A DNA stretch of 64,000 bases from Eledone cirrhosa (taxonomy: Eukaryota), in NCBI GenBank assembly GCA_964016885.1, contig OZ024742.1:19840001-19904000 (forward strand). The letters are read 5' to 3'. The notes beneath the pieces are model-generated. The model was not told the DNA's origin. It searched no databases and worked only from the letters and a program-made list of their open reading frames with translations. This document shows positions 57,911 to 64,000 of the stretch, one piece after another (the stretch's first letter is position 1; each line of letters starts with the position of its first letter). Position numbers and translations under genes: made by a program.

Positions 57911-58237
57911 CCCAGATCCACCCACCCTTACAACTGTGCTCGCATGCTGCATGTAACGGAGGGTGTGGGGAATATAATATATCTACAGTTTAGTCACTCA
58001 CCCCAATACATCCCTGTTTATCGTGAGAGGGTGGGCAATCCCAAGAACCGTCTTGTGAGGTTCATATTCTACATACACCAGTGGGTGGTGGTTCTGTAAT
58101 GTTTGGAAAAATTGTATAAGGAATTCTATGTCCTTCGTTTGGATTCTTAATTTTTTAAAAATAATCTTTTAAGGTTTCCCTGTAAAAAAAATGTTTTTTG
58201 TTCGTTGTCTTGTCCTCTCTTTGTTATTTTTCTTAAC

Positions 58238-58283
<46 letters not shown>

Positions 58284-58318
58284 GTGTGCGGGTGAGTGCA
58301 TGCGTGCGTGTGTGTGGG

Positions 58319-58359
<41 letters not shown>

Positions 58360-58619
58360 ATATATATATATATATATGTGTGTGTGTTTGTCGGTAACCA
58401 CAGTAAGTAAGGTTCTCAATACATTAGTAGAGTATAAACAACATGTTTAATATAGAAATGGCTTTTACAGGACTAGAACTGTTTCATTCAAAAGAAATCA
58501 TAAGGGCTTTCCTGATGAATTAAATAATAAAATCCAATGATGAAATGCAATTTTTTTTTTTAAAATGAGTCCCCTTCCGCTCGATGGTATGAGGCCCCAA
58601 GCTACAGCTACAGCTTATT

Positions 58620-59118
58620 TAGCTTCAAGGTAAGTCTAGTACAGATGTTATGAGACCCTAGCTTCCGGGTAAGTCCAGTACAGACGTTTTGAGACCCTAG
58701 CTTCCGGGTAAGTCCAGTACAGACGTTTTGAGACCCTAGCTTCAAGGTAAGTCCAGTACAGACGTTTTGAGACCCTAGCTTCAAGGTAAGTCCAGTACAG
58801 ACGTTTTGAGACCCTAGCTTCAAGGCAAGTCCAGTACAGACGTTTTGAGACCCTAGCTTCAAGGTAAGTCCAGTACAGACGTTATGAGACCCTAGCTTCA
58901 AGGCAAGTCCAGTACAGACGTTATGAGACCCTAGCTTCAAGGCAAGTCCAGTACAGACGTTATGAGACCCTAGCTTCAAGGCAAGTCCAGTACAGACGTT
59001 ATGAGACCCCGGTGATATGAGCTCTAAGCTACAGCTATATAACCTATTTAGCTTCAAGGTAAGTCCAGTACAGACGTTATGAGACCCTAGCTTCAAGGTA
59101 AGTCCAGTACAGACGTTA
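58620..59118. repeat. Minisatellite, 39-bp unit, about 11 copies
   Basis: ctagcttcaaggtaagtccagtacagacgttatgagacc. Confidence 0.9.
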
Positions 59119-60311
59119 CAATGATATCGTTCAATGATGATAACATTCTATTGTCATAAGTAAAGAAAGTCAAGGTTAGATTTCTAAATAAATTACACTT
59201 AATTTTCACACTACGTTACTAACGTCCTCGTGAATATCACATAATCACTCTGTCATCTCCCTCCCCTCTCACACACACACACAGGAACTAACACATACAC
59301 ACAGGCAGACTGACACACACTTACACACAGGCAGACTGACACATACAGATACACACACACACAAGCAAACTGACACATACACACACTTACACACAGGCAG
59401 ACTGACACATACACACACACACACACTTACACACAGGCAGACTGACACACACACACACACACACACATACACTTACACACAGGCAGACTGACACATAGAC
59501 ACACTTTCATACGCTTTCACACAGACACATACAGACTGACATACACACTTTTACATACATACACACTCACAGGCACACAGACATACACACACACAAACAT
59601 AGACCTACCCACCCCACCTAACTACCCTCACAAACACAGTCACACACATCCGGCATTATATTTATGTAAAACGCTGTTTATAGAGTCTAATATGGAAATG
59701 GACCTCCGCCGGTTTCGACAGTGAGTGTTGCAGTTGTTCAATCAATGTAACTGTTTAGTGCTAGACTTAACTATAAATTAAATAAGCTGTAGATTAGGGC
59801 CACATACCCCCGGGGGCCCCATTATTAAAAATATATATTTATTTTGTCATGAGTTTTTAATCTTTAACATTATCAACAATTTAGGGTCTCGATTTTTATA
59901 TAGTCTAGGGTCTCAGCAGGGGAAAGTCCAGTCCTGCGTCTGCGTATTAACCTGTAAGTAGTTGAGTTTTTCATAGCCACGAGTATCCTTAATGTAATGT
60001 TCATGAGATATTTAGTGTGATGCCGTGTGTGACATGACTCTTCCCTTGAATTACTGAAACAGTCAATCCGACGGGCTTCTAAACAGTTGCCGTCTTCCAA
60101 ATTTCACTCATACGGTCGACCTGAGTCTATGGTAAATGATTCGTGCGATGTTTGGGACATGCTCTGCGGTATATTATTACGTCAGATACCATTATTATCT
60201 TCATTGGCAGAATCGGTAGAGCACCGGGGAATTTTTTTCTAGCATTTGATTTCGTTTTTTAATTTCTTGGTTCAAATCTCGTTGAGGCCAACTCTACCTT
60301 TCATACTCTTA

Positions 60312-60505
60312 GGGTTGATAAAATAAAGTACCAGTCTAAAACTGGGGTTGATAAAATAAAGTACTAGTCTAAAACTGGGGTTGATAAAATAAAGTACTAG
60401 TCTAAAACTGGGGTTGATAAAATAAAGTACTAGTCTAAAACTGGGGTTGATAAAATAAAGTACTAGTCTAAAACTGGGGTTGATAAAATAAAGTACTAGT
60501 CTAAT
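60312..60505 (+). repeat. Six tandem copies of a 33-bp SINE core segment
   Basis: ggggttgataaaataaagtactagtctaaaact, period 33 (60315, 60348...). Confidence 0.85.
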
Positions 60506-60800
60506 GCACGGGTCTTCTTAGTCCACTTATTCCTAGGAGGGTCGTGATCGCAAAGTCCTCAAACACTCCTTCCAGCAGGTTTGTCAGAAGCAGCAGTCTC
60601 CAACTAGTCCGGCTGGATCCCCAAGCGTGACCAGCAAAGTTCATGGATGTTATCCAACCATCTTGCTCGTGGTCTCCCCCTGGGTCTCCTGTCCAGCGGT
60701 TCTTGGATCGTTGTAATTGTTTTTTTCACTCCTTTCAAAAATTACTGGCCTTCTGCCTAAATTAGAAACTACTACTACTAGAACTACTACTACTACTACA

Positions 60801-60847
<47 letters not shown>

Positions 60848-61097
60848 AACTACTACAACTACAACTACAACTACTACTACAACTACTACCACAACTACTA
60901 CTACTACTACAACTACAACTACTACTACTACTACTACAACTACAACTACTACTACTACTACTAGGTATTATATCTTGACCCTAACAGAACTGAAAATCGG
61001 TGAAGGTTAGCTTAGCTTATCATAACATTACGTCAAAACAGAGATAGCTCAATGTCGATAACGTATTTAGTAGTAGTAGTAATAGTAGTAGTAGTAA

Positions 61098-61139
<42 letters not shown>

Positions 61140-61210
61140 TAGTAGTGATGGTGGTGGTGGTGGTAGTAGTAGTGGTGGTGGTAGTAGTAGTGGTAGTGGT
61201 AGTAGTAGTG

Positions 61211-61244
<34 letters not shown>

Positions 61245-63239
61245 TAGTAGTAGTAGTAGTGGTGGTGGTGGTGGTGGTGGTGGTGGTAGTAGTAGTGGTA
61301 GTAGTAGTAGTGGTAGTAGTAGTAGTAGTAGTAGTTGTAGTAGTTGGTTTATTAATCGTGGAGGATGCTTTATTAATATCACAATGGTGGGTAAAAGATA
61401 CCTGAACGTATTTACGTACTCTCGGGGCTCCAATAATTTCCCCCTCCCCGTTTATTAATTTTTCAGACGCCCCCCACCCCACCCCCGCTTATTAAATTTT
61501 GCTAATCTATCGCCGATGAAATTATATTTTAAGTGGTAGCATTCTTGCGACAATTAATTTTCTTTAGACATTAAAAAAACATTACTAGAAACCCCACATG
61601 TTGTAAAATAAATAGGATTTGTTGGTGTCTCAATATGTAAACTAAACGACTAATTCTGGTTTTTTTAAATAATCAACGGAGACAACCTAGAAAAAATTAC
61701 CAATTTTCTAAATCCCCACCCCAGTTATTTCAAACCTCCACGCCTATCCCCCCCCCCCCCCTGCATATTCCTAGCTCTCGCTTATTCTAACCCACTCCCG
61801 CTTATTCCAAACCACCATGTTTATTTCACCACCACCCTCGGTTATTCCAACCCGGCCCCTGTTTATCTCTCTCCTTGCTTATTCCTAACTCTCGCTTATT
61901 CCAACCCACCAAACTCTTGCTGCAGATTAAAGCATGTGGTGGACCATTTGCCCTCAAACATTTGAATTCATCGGGACAAATAGTCGTTAATTGCTCAATG
62001 AACGCTGGGCTAAGCATGCTATGACTGCTGCTAGATCACCTCCAATACTCAGCTCCTCGGTTCTTTGTCTGACCAGTGGAAAACTCTGCCACACGGCTTT
62101 TGGTTTTCGTTCACATCAGCGTGTTCGTTCACCAACTACGTTTAACACCAACTACGTTTAACACCAACTACGTTTAACACCAACTACGTTTAGCACCAAC
62201 ATTTATGAGCAAAACAGGTGAATTTCAGGAACCGGTTGTATTCCGTTGATCGAACAAACTGGAACACCCATCGTCAAACCGATGGTGTTCCATTCTTCTG
62301 TCCAACAATAACATTTTATTCAATTCTCCTTTAACATTTTCAATCTCTGCTAGACTTTCTACAATAAACCGATCCCGTAAACTTGGCATATTGATTGAGT
62401 GTTTATATGTTTGTTATATTATGAAGGTCACATCAGAGAAGTTAATACACGATTGACCTTAATTTCCAGGAAAACAACACTAGAAAACAATGCTATGTCT
62501 GCAGGGAAATATAAATGGTACCAAGCTGAATGTCACGTTTCGTCTACTTCAATCACATTCACATTATGTTCACATAAATTACTTCTAGTCTATAGACATT
62601 CAATATTTCACATAATTTATATATGGACCCGTAACTCCTGAGAGAATCGTAGGCGTGGCGTGCTGACATCACATACAGCATTTTAGGGCACTTTAAACCT
62701 GACAATGCCTGTCCTCGTTACAGGTCGAAACACAGATGATTTCTTCCTGAGAGAGAGAGAGAGGGGGGGGGGGGGGGGTTAGAAACGACTCCATTACTGG
62801 ACTGGTACTTTTTTTAATGGATTTCGAAATGATTAAAGACAAAGTTGACCTTGGCGAGATTTGGACTGAGAGAGCGGGCCAATTTTCCGCCTTATTTCAC
62901 ATAATAATCAGGAAGAAAGAGAAAAATAATAATGAAAGATATGGGGAAGGGGAAAGAGAGGGTCGTTATTTGATGTATCTCAGTTGCACTTCGTGGAGAA
63001 GTCAGCGAATGCATTGCTGTGGAGAACAGCCAGTAGCACAATTTACATCAGCACACCACCTTAAAGTGTTCCTTCCTCAGATGGGATGTACACCTAATTT
63101 TACGAAGGAAAGCTGCAGTCCAGGGGCCGAGGACACAAAAGGTCATGATGGCGACCAGTACGAAAAGGAAGGTGTAGGGTAAGATGAGATCTCTGAATTG
63201 AAAACTAAAACAAAATGCTCGTCGATTAATTACAGTTGA

Positions 63240-63600
63240 TTGTTAGATGGACCTCCGTCTGTTTCGACGATGAATGTTCCAGTTATTCGGTCAAAGGAAT
63301 AGCCTGCTCATGAAATTAACGTGTAAATGACTGAACATTCCACAGACACATGTACTCTTAACATAATTCTCAGGGGGATTCAGCATGACACAGTGTATGA
63401 CATGGCTGCCCCTTTGAATTATAGGTACAGTCCTTCTAACGGGCTTCCAAACAGTTTTTAACTACCCGGTTTCACTCAAAAGTTTTGAGTTGACACAAGG
63501 CTATAGTCAGTGACACCTACCCAAGACACCAACAGTGTGATCGAACCCCAGACCTAAAGATTACGAAGCGAACTTCTTAACAATTCGGCCATGTTGTGTC
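63240..63600 (-). mobile_element. tRNA-derived SINE family B
   Basis: Shared core ctgaatctccctgagaatta / cctgtaattcaaagg / aattt(c/t)atgagcaggct; other copies at ~1220-1525(-), 18452-18551 plus 19718-19960(+), ~30030-30310(+), ~31770-31985(+), ~59990-60170(-), ~63860-64000(-). Confidence 0.65.
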
Positions 63601-64000
63601 CTAAGTTAATTTATTCGTTGTAAGTGTCAAGAAACGTTGTAAGTTTCAAGAAACGTTGAAACGCCGGATAGAATGCTTTATGGTATTCGTTTCGGCTCTG
63701 TTCTCCGAGTTCAAATTCCGCCGAAGTCAACTTTGCCTTTCATCCATTCGAGGTCGATAAAAAAAAGTACCAGTCCAGTACTGGGGTTGATTCTTCTATA
63801 TATTTTTCTCATTTCATCTCTCTCACTTTCTATCCTTCTCCGGAAGAAATCTTCTGTGTTCAGACCTCCGTGCTCCAGTTGCTTCAATCAACTGAGCTGC
63901 CTGCTCACGAAATTAATGTGTACGTGGCTGATCATGCACTCTTAACGTAGTTATCGGGGAAATTCAGCGAGACACAATGTGGGACAAGGCTGGCTCCTTG

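Noticed and set aside
58608-59096. 162-aa repeat protein ORF (LKLGSHNVCTGLA)n
   Set aside because: Arises from a 39-bp minisatellite; no ATG start or exon context.

Overview
Repeat-saturated animal genomic DNA, most likely a coleoid cephalopod such as Octopus. This is an inference from the extreme (TA)n/(CA)n/(GA)n/(GGT)n microsatellite load, the tRNA-derived SINEs and the RTE and Dong-R4 LINE relics. Almost all ORFs in the track are microsatellite translation artefacts. One host gene is well supported: a + strand nuclear receptor with coding exons 48623-50357 and 52077-52318 (658 aa spliced). It has a complete ligand-binding domain but no zinc-finger DNA-binding domain in the window, the same LBD intron position as vertebrate DAX-1/SHP (NR0B), LxxLL-type boxes and a PxDLS CtBP-binding motif. 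A CRE/GC-box/E-box cluster near 40.65 kb is a candidate promoter. The most unusual signal is non-coding: short fold-back elements sit inside (TA)n tracts, and many carry type I hammerhead ribozymes (CTGATGA...GAAA...TH). Six copies have intact cores and pairing stems and several more are degenerate. Two lie next to GIY-YIG-like remnants, pointing to Penelope-like retroelement (PLE) pLTR derivatives. Also present are Helitrons, a hAT MITE, LINE fragments, a 65-bp satellite built from LINE coding sequence, and several minisatellites. All calls were made by eye, with no database searches or folding computations.
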